In this document: piece after piece, positions 28,232 through 36,927 of the stretch
How the letters are laid out: every line of letters begins with the position of its first letter
Numbering within the stretch: the first letter of the stretch is position 1
DNA from: a virus
Lineage: Duplodnaviria > Caudoviricetes
Strand: one strand, 5' to 3'
DNA: 37,129 nt
Virus record (IMG/VR): IMGVR_UViG_3300021365_000046
Location: 1 to 37,129 of that record
Notes under the pieces: generated by a model
Databases searched by the model: none
Told to the model about the DNA's origin: nothing
The model's input: only the letters and a program-made list of their open reading frames with translations
Position numbers and translations under genes: made by a program

Positions 28232-30148
28232 TTAACCTTTTAGTTGAGATTCATCTAGGAGTGAACTATCCTCTTTATCCTGCTCAAATATTAATTTCTT
28301 TTTATCCATTGATTTCAAAACATCTAAATTTTTATAATAAGATATTTTGGCACCTTCTAGATTTAATCCACTTTTATTTGTATCAGTTTTGCTATCCCTT
28401 GAATCATTTTTATCTGTATCTTTCATACGTTTAGTACCTAATGGGTCTTTACCAAAATTACTATCTTGTTTTCCGTGGGATGTAATTGATTTTTGGGGTC
28501 TTCCTAATTTAGGATCATCTTCACCATACCCATCTGGTACATTACCCGGATCTGAGTACATTCTTCCTTTACCATATAAAGAAGCTAAATCATGTGGGGT
28601 ACCATATGATTTACCTGTAGCTACAGGATCGTTCCCTTCTGCTTCAATTTGAGCTATTCTAAATTTACGTTTAGCATCGGAACGAACTAAATCTCTGTAT
28701 TCATCATATTGGTCTTCACTAAAGTGGAATACATTATGGTATATCCAATCTGATGGTACTAAACCTTGTTCTAACATTGAGCCCGCTAATTCAGTTTTAG
28801 ATTTTAATAATTCAATTCTTTCTTGGTCATATATAATTGATGGGGTTGTCATTGATAACTCAAAGTTAGTCAATGTTTCATCTGTATAACCTTGAGTGTA
28901 TAAGTGTACTAAAGCTATTTTATTTAATTCTGATAGTAATATTCTTTGGATTCTATCAATTGTACGAGCAAATCTAATATCTTGGGCAGCTAAAGTAGCT
29001 TTACCCTCTGTATTTTCATCATAACCCATAAATGCTTTAGGGACTTTAAGGGCAGCAAATAACTTTTCTCTTAAATATTCTACATCAGCAATACCATCAT
29101 ATTGTAAACCAGGTGTAGTATCAATTTTGGTTGATTGGTCATTACCTCTAATAGGAATATAAAAATCTTCTAACATGTTTTGCATGTTATATTTTAAGTT
29201 GTACTCACCTGTTTTTTCATCCATATAAGGAGTACGTTTCATATTATTGATAGTTTTTTGCATAAATGCTTCTACCTCATTAGGAGGTATAGAACCAACA
29301 TTTACATAAAATATTCTTTTTTCAGGGGCACGAGCAATTCTATGGATTAACATTGCATCTTCCATTAACGCATATTGCTTATATAATTTACGTGCTGGTT
29401 CAATATATGATCTACCATAAGGTAAATAATTAGCATCACCTACCATTCTGAAATGTGCCATTTCATAATTATCATAAATTATTGATCCTCTATCATCCGG
29501 ACCACCATCTAATTGTTGATTAGGTACATTATAATAACCATAAGAGCTACCTGCAAACCCATCAGGATTCCATTTAAATTTTACTTCAGCAGGGTTTTCA
29601 GGGTTTGATCCTTCTATTCTTTCAATATGATAAGCAGTATAAGGTATAACATTATATACACCAAATTTTTCTGCTATTTCTAACTTTAAGAAAAAATCAC
29701 CATACTTACACATTTGTCTAACCCACATCCAAGCATTAAATTCAATATTTAAAACATCATAAAATAAATTATATAATATTTTTTGTATATCTTCATTTGA
29801 ACTTCTAATTTGGATTACTTCACCCATATCATTTTTCAATGTACATTCATCAGCTATAATATCTAAAGCAGAAGCAATAATTGCATCCTGATCCATTACA
29901 TCATATTCTGAATATAGGGTTGTTCTTAAATATTGGTAATTTAAATTAAATTGAGCACCATATAGTGAAGTGGGCATTGTAGAATAAATTCTATTAAATC
30001 TATCCGCTAATGCATTGGTTTCATATTCCCCACTAGATTGAATATGTCCTGAGTCAATAGTTTTTACTTGATTTCCCCCTACATTACGTATTACTACATC
30101 TGTAGAAAATAATCTTCTTAACCTTGAAAAAACGCTTTTATTTGCCAT
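28232..30148 (-). CDS. Portal protein (gp20-like)
   Basis: LMEDAMLIHRIARAPEKRIFYVNVG, EDFYIP.RG, I.T.PG, LFAALKVP and DIRFARTI.RIQ motifs. Confidence 0.95.
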   Translation of the reverse strand: MANKSVFSRLRRLFSTDVVIRNVGGNQVKTIDSGHIQSSGEYETNALADRFNRIYSTMPTSLYGAQFNLNYQYLRTTLYSEYDVMDQDAIIASALDIIADECTLKNDMGEVIQIRSSNEDIQKILYNLFYDVLNIEFNAWMWVRQMCKYGDFFLKLEIAEKFGVYNVIPYTAYHIERIEGSNPENPAEVKFKWNPDGFAGSSYGYYNVPNQQLDGGPDDRGSIIYDNYEMAHFRMVGDANYLPYGRSYIEPARKLYKQYALMEDAMLIHRIARAPEKRIFYVNVGSIPPNEVEAFMQKTINNMKRTPYMDEKTGEYNLKYNMQNMLEDFYIPIRGNDQSTKIDTTPGLQYDGIADVEYLREKLFAALKVPKAFMGYDENTEGKATLAAQDIRFARTIDRIQRILLSELNKIALVHLYTQGYTDETLTNFELSMTTPSIIYDQERIELLKSKTELAGSMLEQGLVPSDWIYHNVFHFSEDQYDEYRDLVRSDAKRKFRIAQIEAEGNDPVATGKSYGTPHDLASLYGKGRMYSDPGNVPDGYGEDDPKLGRPQKSITSHGKQDSNFGKDPLGTKRMKDTDKNDSRDSKTDTNKSGLNLEGAKISYYKNLDVLKSMDKKKLIFEQDKEDSSLLDESQLKG

Positions 30149-30172
30149 TGTATATAATTATTATTATAAATA

Positions 30173-31753
30173 TTATTTAAAGAGCCAAGTAATATCTTCT
30201 TTACCATGTTCTGTTTTCATTTGATAAGGATTAGCATAAGGGTTTGGAGTTCCTACACCATAACTACCCATATAAGGCGTTCTATTAACTGCCATATTAT
30301 TTAATGCTTGTTTTGTTAAATCAATTCCCCTTTGTCTAAATTTTAATGCTGTATCTCTAACATATAATGCTATACCAAATGCCATAACTAAATCATCATT
30401 ATAACCTGTTTGCGCCTCTGCTCTACCATTTTTCCAGATAAATACTTTCATTTCTTCTACTAACCTTCTTGACTGTATTGTTACACTTTGATCACTGATG
30501 TATTCTTGGAACTTACCTATAACCATAGGTCGTGTCTTTTTTGACATTGTAAACCCAGGAACCATCTTTGTATGATCTTGATATTTATCAAAATACGAAT
30601 CAACTGTTGCTTCTCCACTCCGTTGTGAATAGTAGAGGTTAGAATATTGTCTATCAATAGCTACCTGTATGGTAGCCCAACCAATATTAGCATTTTCTAT
30701 TACTAACATTGCATTATTATATTCAGTAGCTATCCCTACTAATAAATGTCCATATTCTTTAGTACCAATTTGGCCTTTATACTCAGCTACTTGTACTGCA
30801 CTTTCAATATCAATTACATGAAATGTAGAATAATCTTTCCCATCCCCTCGAGCAACATCTGCTACTACCATATAATCCCTACTATAATCTGCTGATTCCC
30901 AAACCCATAAATTTTGGTCTGCACCTCTACGTTCTAATGGGTCTTTAATATGAGATTTTTCATAATATTCTAAATATTCATTATAAAATACAATATCACC
31001 TGAGGTGCTAAAATCACAATCACATTCTTGTGCTGCTAATCTAGGGTCACCTAGTAAAGCATCTTGAGCATCTCTCCATACTTGATCTCTTTCGGGATGT
31101 ACATACCAAGGTAATTTAATAGGTAAAAAATCATTTTCCCCAGCTTCAGCTCTAACCCAAGTTTGATGAAACCAATTACCGGTACCATAAGGTGTAGATA
31201 ATACTATAGCTCCACCACCAGTTGCTAATGTTTGTTGTGCAGAAGCCCATGTTTCAGCAATATTATCAATAAAAGCAGCTTCATCAATAATTAATAAAGA
31301 TACTGCTTCTGAACGTGCAGCATCGGCATTAGAGGATTTAGCTTGTATTTTTGAACCATTAACTAACCTTAATGATAATTTATTGTTTTCAGCAGATTCT
31401 ACTTTAAGCCATGAAGGTAAATTTTCCCACATAAACTGTACTTTTGTTACTAAGTTACGGGCTGTTGCTTGTGTAGTTGCTAGTGCTAATACATTTCGAT
31501 CTTTGTGGAATGTCATTAACCACAAAGAATAACCTGCTGCTAATGTTGATATACCTAACTGTCTAGATTTTAATATAGCACTATAATCGTTTTGTTGAAA
31601 TAACGTTAATACTTTTTCTTGGAATGGGTATAAATTAAACTGTATGCGACCCCGTTGTGGGTGCTGTATATAACAATATTTACGCATAAAGTGTATAGGA
31701 TCTTTAGCACATTTAAGATATTCTTGACGGATTACTATTTTTAAGTCTGCCAT
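30173..31753 (-). CDS. Terminase large subunit (gp17-like)
   Basis: LYPFQ, KSRQLGIST, IIDEAAF, STPYG, QEC.C.F, ADVARGDGKDYS and NDDLVMA motifs. Confidence 0.95.
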   Translation of the reverse strand: MADLKIVIRQEYLKCAKDPIHFMRKYCYIQHPQRGRIQFNLYPFQEKVLTLFQQNDYSAILKSRQLGISTLAAGYSLWLMTFHKDRNVLALATTQATARNLVTKVQFMWENLPSWLKVESAENNKLSLRLVNGSKIQAKSSNADAARSEAVSLLIIDEAAFIDNIAETWASAQQTLATGGGAIVLSTPYGTGNWFHQTWVRAEAGENDFLPIKLPWYVHPERDQVWRDAQDALLGDPRLAAQECDCDFSTSGDIVFYNEYLEYYEKSHIKDPLERRGADQNLWVWESADYSRDYMVVADVARGDGKDYSTFHVIDIESAVQVAEYKGQIGTKEYGHLLVGIATEYNNAMLVIENANIGWATIQVAIDRQYSNLYYSQRSGEATVDSYFDKYQDHTKMVPGFTMSKKTRPMVIGKFQEYISDQSVTIQSRRLVEEMKVFIWKNGRAEAQTGYNDDLVMAFGIALYVRDTALKFRQRGIDLTKQALNNMAVNRTPYMGSYGVGTPNPYANPYQMKTEHGKEDITWLFK

Positions 31754-31757
31754 ATAA

Positions 31758-32171
31758 CTAATTAATTAATAATGCCGTTCCAATTACTGTTATTATCCCA
31801 ACCCCTATTGTTAATTTATTTTTAAACTTTTGTTTTTTTAAATCCAATTGTAATTTTTTTGTTAACTCCTGGGATATTTCTAATTGATTAGATTTTTGAA
31901 ATAATATAGAATTAAAATTATTAATTTGTAAATCTAGATTAGATATAATACTATCTTTTAATATACTTTTTTGATTTAAAATATTTATTTTATCACCTAA
32001 AAGTATTATTTCTTGTTTATTACCATCCCCTTTAATAAGATCTTTAATTACTAATCGGGCTATTGGTTTTTTTAATCGAATCATTGTACTGTCTGTAACG
32101 GTCTGTGAAAAACTTTTCAAGCTCGCTACCATTAAAAGAATCAACAGCATCCATTTTAGTATTAATTTCAT
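31758..32171 (-). CDS. Exported coiled-coil protein with signal peptide and C-terminal hydrophobic helix (spanin-like partner)
   Basis: MKLILKWMLLILLMVASLKSFS-Q; heptad coil; C-terminal LTIGVGIITVIGTALLIN; overlaps the upstream gene. Confidence 0.5.
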   Translation of the reverse strand: MKLILKWMLLILLMVASLKSFSQTVTDSTMIRLKKPIARLVIKDLIKGDGNKQEIILLGDKINILNQKSILKDSIISNLDLQINNFNSILFQKSNQLEISQELTKKLQLDLKKQKFKNKLTIGVGIITVIGTALLIN

Positions 32172-32427
32172 ATTTTAATGATTTTATTCTATTATCTTTT
32201 AAACCCAACTCTAGATCTAATTCCTTTACTTGAATTTGTAGAGTATCAACTTTATAAGTTAATTCATGGTTTATATTATGTAGTGAATCTATTTTTTGTT
32301 CTAATTTCTTTATCTCAAAATTATATTGTTCCACATAACTTTCATCTTCAGAGAAGAATAAATATGAAACAAAAACACTAGATAATAATAATAAAGCTAT
32401 ATATAAAAATCTTTCTTTAGACGACAT
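32044..32427 (-). CDS. Membrane-anchored coiled-coil protein (i-spanin/Rz-like)
   Basis: Single N-terminal TM (FLYIALLLLSSVFVSYLFF) followed by a long coiled coil. Confidence 0.55.
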   Translation of the reverse strand: MSSKERFLYIALLLLSSVFVSYLFFSEDESYVEQYNFEIKKLEQKIDSLHNINHELTYKVDTLQIQVKELDLELGLKDNRIKSLKYEINTKMDAVDSFNGSELEKFFTDRYRQYNDSIKKTNSPISN

Positions 32428-33238
32428 TTTTTTCTAATTTAGCAACCATTGCTTCCAATTCTTTTTTAATTGGAGTTTTTTTCTTTAATTTATCTTTTAT
32501 TTTTTCTTTTTCTACTCCATCTGCTTTGCTATACTCACGTGCTAATGATTTCATTTCAGCAGTTATTGATTTTAAAGATTTAAGTGCTATATCTAATTTT
32601 TTATGTTTACCCCTAGCTCCTTTAGCTTGTTTAATTGCTTTAGCATCTAAGTCATCATCTTCATCTTCAGTTATAGGATTTATTAATTTTCCTCTATTAG
32701 CTAACCTTTTAACAGCAGCATTTTGACTAGATTTGTAAACAGCGTCATATGCTTTACCAATATCACCACCATATAATTTATCAGTAATTTTTTTACCTAA
32801 CTTTTCTAATTGGTCTTGAGTTAGGGTATGTTCTTTTCCAAATCCTTCTAAATAAAATTGACCTATATCTTCATAATCATAAGTAAAATCTTCACCTTTT
32901 GGTGTTGCATTTTCTTCTAACTTATAACTTGCTGTACTATCTTTTACACCTTGGAGAAATCCTCTTCTATAATATTTGTAATCAAGTTCATTATTTATAT
33001 CAATTACATCTTGATTAAAATGCATACTTACAGCATACTCACCATCATCATATCCTATGTCTTGTAAATCGGCTAAACCTACATTAGCTTCTTCTATACC
33101 TGCTTCTTTTTTAGCTGCATCTAGATCCTTAACAGCGGCAGTTAATTCTTTGGTTTTTTCAATTTCTACATCAGTATCTTCAGATAATGTAGAGATAATA
33201 TTTTCTCTAATATAGTTTTTTAATTTAGATTTTTTCAT
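32417..33238 (-). CDS. Hypothetical, putative internal head protein
   Basis: MKKSKLKNYIRE N-terminus, several L/I-x-E sites, ATATTTATAA motif upstream. Confidence 0.5.
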   Translation of the reverse strand: MKKSKLKNYIRENIISTLSEDTDVEIEKTKELTAAVKDLDAAKKEAGIEEANVGLADLQDIGYDDGEYAVSMHFNQDVIDINNELDYKYYRRGFLQGVKDSTASYKLEENATPKGEDFTYDYEDIGQFYLEGFGKEHTLTQDQLEKLGKKITDKLYGGDIGKAYDAVYKSSQNAAVKRLANRGKLINPITEDEDDDLDAKAIKQAKGARGKHKKLDIALKSLKSITAEMKSLAREYSKADGVEKEKIKDKLKKKTPIKKELEAMVAKLEKNVV

Positions 33239-33264
33239 TATAATAAGGTTTTATTATAAATATA

Positions 33265-33795
33265 TTAAAGATTAGTAAACTTTAATATTTGTTGAATTCG
33301 TTCCTCTGTAGATCCAGATATTTTTTCTACTATATTACATTTATGGCCATATCTTTTAATTAATGTTGTAATAGTAAAATCAATTAAATCTCTATAATGT
33401 TCATCTGTCTCACGTATGCCATTATCTTCAATTTCTATCCCATGAGGAGATATATAAAAAATGTAATCATATTCTCTGATAAATTCACTAGCATATGTTT
33501 CAAATGCTTCTTTATCTTGATGAGGAATAGATTTAGCATTCATAGTAAATGCCATAACATCAAATACTGTCCTATCTGTAATAATGTTGTCCTGTATTAA
33601 TTCCCCACAACGTTCAGCTAAAAATACTGTTTGGCCTTTTAATGTTGAGTCAGTATTTAAAGGAATACCTAATGACATTAAATGTTGACTACGTTCAGTA
33701 GCAAAATTGTAATCTTTAAATTGTGGTAAATCTTTTAAGGCATTAACCAATGTCGTTTTACCTACGCTCATTGTACCGCATAAACCTATTTTCAT
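33265..33795 (-). CDS. P-loop nucleotide kinase-like protein (NadR/AAA_28-like)
   Basis: MKIGLCGTMSVGKTT, DRTVFD, YDYIFY and G.R motifs. Confidence 0.75.
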   Translation of the reverse strand: MKIGLCGTMSVGKTTLVNALKDLPQFKDYNFATERSQHLMSLGIPLNTDSTLKGQTVFLAERCGELIQDNIITDRTVFDVMAFTMNAKSIPHQDKEAFETYASEFIREYDYIFYISPHGIEIEDNGIRETDEHYRDLIDFTITTLIKRYGHKCNIVEKISGSTEERIQQILKFTNL

Positions 33796-33801
33796 ATTAT
33801 T

Positions 33802-34062
33802 TTAATTTCTGTGATTTTGTCCTTTAGGGGCTGGTTGTTTATACCAAGGTAATCCTGTTTGTTGTCTAATTGCTTCTTTATGATCTTCTTTTGTATAAGG
33901 TATACCATAAAGATAATATTCACCTTTTTTTTCATTACCTTCAGGTATTAAGGCAGGTCCTTCCCAGTTATGAAGTTTACCATCCCATATATAAGCTATT
34001 GTTCCATCTGCTTTTTTTAATTTTTTACTTTGTGGGAATGGTGTTTTTGTTTCTTTTTTCAT
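33802..34062 (-). CDS. Hypothetical protein with a GKLHxxxGPA motif
   Basis: GKLHNWEGPALI...EYYLYG. Confidence 0.6.
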   Translation of the reverse strand: MKKETKTPFPQSKKLKKADGTIAYIWDGKLHNWEGPALIPEGNEKKGEYYLYGIPYTKEDHKEAIRQQTGLPWYKQPAPKGQNHRN

Positions 34063-34079
34063 TTGTATTGTTTATAGTA

Positions 34080-34109
34080 AATATACGAAAGTTATTTTAA
34101 TTCTCCAAA
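34080..34109 (-). promoter_or_regulatory. Class A promoter
   Basis: Minus strand TTTGG AGAATTAAAATAACT TTCGTATATT. Confidence 0.7.
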
Positions 34110-35386
34110 AGTGACTCAGCAACATATGTCCCTTGTGCACCACTTACCGTTATACCTCTAGCTGATAAAGCATCGCCTACGAAATGTACGTTAGGATACT
34201 TAGTGAGTGCTAAATTGATATAATCGACAAGCGGCTCAGGTGATAGATATTTTACTTCAGGCACATAAATACCCCAATCATCTTTAAGTGTTGGGAATAC
34301 TTTTTTCATGTCTTCAATAAAATCATATACATACATAAAGTATGGTTGCATTGCTTTTGATATTTCATGTAATCTATCTACTTGTATAGCGGATACATTT
34401 ACACCTTCAGAAGTTGTTGATGGTTTTCTACTTGGACTATAATATAATCCTGTACCATCTATCTGTAGTTTTTTAACTACATCTCTAGACCAATCAAATG
34501 GTTTATCAATGCCTTGAACTTCCATTAATATACCAAAATTGGTCATATCATTTCGGAATGCTTCATCTTTTTTAGCGTGTCCATTATATGAATGATCTCC
34601 ATACGTTTCCTCAACGGCAACATATGCTGCATTGTTGTTTGTACAGAAAGAACGTAATGATACTCCTTTGTCTTCATATTTTCTATATAATTTGAAATCG
34701 TAAGATACATCAATTAATTTTTGGAAGTGTTTTTGTGGTGCTTCAAATCGAACACCTATTTGTACTGGTTTTGGTTCAGTTGGTAAATCGTATTTTTCAG
34801 CTAATTGTTTACCAAAGTCAATACCTGATTTACCTACACCAAAAATAAGTTTATCATATGACATTTCATCTACTGCTCCTATAGATACAATTTGTTCATC
34901 AAAATCAATATCAGTTACTTTAGTTTCCCAAATAAATTCAACACCACCATCAACTAAAAAGTCATACCAATTTTTACCTATCTCGTGTAAATAATCTGTA
35001 CCAACGTGCCATACTGGGAATAAACGTAATCCAAAATATGGTTTAATAAATTCTGGTTCTGCTATAGGATTTGAACATTGAACTTCTTCTGGTTTAGGGT
35101 GAAAACGTTTAAAATTATCAATTACTTGATCAAATAATTCCATTGCTTTTTCTTCACCACAATATTTAGATAATTGTCCTCCAATTGAAGTGTGATAAGT
35201 CAATTTACCATCAGACCAACCTCCTGCTCCTAAGAAACCTGTCATTACCTCTTCATATGGTCTTAAATATGGATCTTTACCCATATCAATAATGGTAATT
35301 TTACCATCAAACCCATTGTCAACTAGCTTAGTAGCAGCATTTACATTTGCTACTCCTGCTCCAATCATTACTACGTTTTTACTCAT
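34097..35386 (-). CDS. FAD-dependent oxidoreductase
   Basis: Rossmann VVMIGAGVA, GFLGAGGWSDGKL, HVGTD, IGVRFE, RSFC, NGH, PEVKY and GDALSARGI motifs. Confidence 0.85.
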   Translation of the reverse strand: MSKNVVMIGAGVANVNAATKLVDNGFDGKITIIDMGKDPYLRPYEEVMTGFLGAGGWSDGKLTYHTSIGGQLSKYCGEEKAMELFDQVIDNFKRFHPKPEEVQCSNPIAEPEFIKPYFGLRLFPVWHVGTDYLHEIGKNWYDFLVDGGVEFIWETKVTDIDFDEQIVSIGAVDEMSYDKLIFGVGKSGIDFGKQLAEKYDLPTEPKPVQIGVRFEAPQKHFQKLIDVSYDFKLYRKYEDKGVSLRSFCTNNNAAYVAVEETYGDHSYNGHAKKDEAFRNDMTNFGILMEVQGIDKPFDWSRDVVKKLQIDGTGLYYSPSRKPSTTSEGVNVSAIQVDRLHEISKAMQPYFMYVYDFIEDMKKVFPTLKDDWGIYVPEVKYLSPEPLVDYINLALTKYPNVHFVGDALSARGITVSGAQGTYVAESLLEN

Positions 35387-35410
35387 ATTTGTCCTTTATT
35401 TTAATGCGTT

Positions 35411-35440
35411 AATATACGAACTTAAAATGGCGTCTCCAAA
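35411..35440 (-). promoter_or_regulatory. Class A promoter
   Basis: Minus strand TTTGG AGACGCCATTTTAAG TTCGTATATT. Confidence 0.7.
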
Positions 35441-35450
35441 TGAGACGCCA
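35424..35450 (-). terminator. Probable terminator hairpin overlapping the promoter TTTGG element
   Basis: Minus strand TGGCGTCTC ATTTG GAGACGCCA TTTT, a perfect 9-bp stem. Confidence 0.6.
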
Positions 35451-35524
35451 CAGATATCTGTTTATTTTTTAATCGCGACAGGCTATGAATCTGTCTATAT
35501 GTTTTTATTTTATTTTATTTTTAT

Positions 35525-36319
35525 TTATAAATTAATCCCTGCTATATCTGAATATAATATTTCGTGTTCTTCCCCATCTTGGTCTACTGCAAATACAGAA
35601 TAATCACCCCACATATCTACATTATCATCATTATTAGAGTTTGGATTGTATATTACAAACTCTCTTCCATCTCCTAGTTGAATAAAAGCATCATCATCAT
35701 CTCCTAAAGCTTTAATAAGTGATTCTTTATCATAATCTTCTTTTAATAGCCTACCTTCAGCTAAATTTGATAGTTTTTCTTTAGCCCAAGCTTTAGCTAA
35801 TTTAACTGCTTCAACTTCGGAATAAACTCCCTGTTCTACAGCATTCATTATCTCGTAATAATCATCACTTACAATTTCTTCAGCAGATGCATCTATAATA
35901 TCTTGAAGGTATACTTTAGGTTCTACTACCATAGCATCCATTGCACCTTCGAATTCATCTTCTAATTCGGGAAAATCAACGTTTTCTTTAAATAGCCTAC
36001 CTTCAGCTAAATATTTTTTTAAATCGAAATTATCTATTTTGTTTTCATTTTTACTTTTAAATTTATCTAATACTTGATTGTAAATATTTTCTAAATCTCC
36101 TTCTAGATCACTATCACCTTCCCAATTTCTTTCAAAAGCATAATAATCATAAACATCATTAGGGGTATTTAATTTTTTAATACCATCTAAAAACTCTTTT
36201 GCATTATCTTCACCGCTAACTTCTTTTTCGTAGTCGTAAACATACTGTTGAAGAGGAGTTAGTTCTTCTTTTAATAAGCGACCTTCAGCTAAATATTTTT
36301 TTAAATCAAAGTTATCCAT
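35525..36319 (-). CDS. Acidic three-module protein with repeated DNFDLKKYLAEGRL tags
   Basis: Tag at the N-terminus, a full internal copy, and a partial LAEGRLLKE copy. Confidence 0.7.
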   Translation of the reverse strand: MDNFDLKKYLAEGRLLKEELTPLQQYVYDYEKEVSGEDNAKEFLDGIKKLNTPNDVYDYYAFERNWEGDSDLEGDLENIYNQVLDKFKSKNENKIDNFDLKKYLAEGRLFKENVDFPELEDEFEGAMDAMVVEPKVYLQDIIDASAEEIVSDDYYEIMNAVEQGVYSEVEAVKLAKAWAKEKLSNLAEGRLLKEDYDKESLIKALGDDDDAFIQLGDGREFVIYNPNSNNDDNVDMWGDYSVFAVDQDGEEHEILYSDIAGINL

Positions 36320-36901
36320 TTATTTTTATTTTAATTAACTAAATTGCTTTTTATAAAATATATTTATAGCATCCTCAATTTCTTTTGGAGATGCATTAGA
36401 AGGTTTTAAAGATTTTTCGGCATAATTTAAAAAATCAGCTTTTACATCTGGTTGCATATGTCTGAGTAGAGTTGGAGAATTATTTAAGTACCATTGCAAG
36501 TTATGATCAAATGATTTTTCTTTAGAAGGAAAGTTTGAAAACCTATCATCAATATCATCATCCACCTCTCCACTAGGGGGTATTAAAGCATCTTCATAGT
36601 ATTCTATTGCTGAATCAGCGAATTCTTTAGCTGAAACTTTAATATCTTCTGGGTCGGATCCTTTAGCATTATCTCTTGCTTCATCATACCAAAAATTATT
36701 AGTTACTTCTATAGATTTTTCTAAATCCTTACTTGAAATATTAGAATGTTTTGCTTTGATAATATCTATTATTGCTTTTTTATATGAGGGGCCTGCTTGT
36801 TCTATATCGGCACTATCTTCAAATGAATCAATTGTCCATATAGGATTTTCTTCTTCAAATAGCCTACCTTCAGCTAAATATTTTTTTAAATCGAAATTAT
36901 C
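35990..36901. repeat. 45-bp identical direct repeat (35990-36034 and 36857-36901), with a diverged copy at about 36272-36319 and a partial copy at about 35745-35766
   Basis: aaatagcctaccttcagctaaatatttttttaaatcgaaattatc read at both positions. Confidence 0.9.
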
Positions 36902-36904
36902 CAT
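36335..36904 (-). CDS. Acidic protein with an N-terminal MDNFDLKKYLAEGRL tag
   Basis: First 15 aa identical to the neighbouring gene; the remainder is unrelated. Confidence 0.7.
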   Translation of the reverse strand: MDNFDLKKYLAEGRLFEEENPIWTIDSFEDSADIEQAGPSYKKAIIDIIKAKHSNISSKDLEKSIEVTNNFWYDEARDNAKGSDPEDIKVSAKEFADSAIEYYEDALIPPSGEVDDDIDDRFSNFPSKEKSFDHNLQWYLNNSPTLLRHMQPDVKADFLNYAEKSLKPSNASPKEIEDAINIFYKKQFS

Positions 36905-36927
36905 ATTAATTTATTTTTATTTTTATT

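Larger units (their letters stand above)
10972..33263 (-). promoter_or_regulatory. Class B (late-like) promoter motif ATATTTATAA, dispersed
   Basis: Copies at 10972, 13406, 15047, 17385, 17684, 20397, 20424, 21272, 28223, 30164 and 33254; variants ATATGTATAA at 14469 and ATACGTATAA at 24392 and 2732. Confidence 0.7.

Noticed and set aside
35745-36904. CRISPR-like interpretation of the 45-bp repeats
   Set aside because: Spacing is hundreds of nt and irregular, the repeats are in-frame coding sequence, and no cas genes are present.
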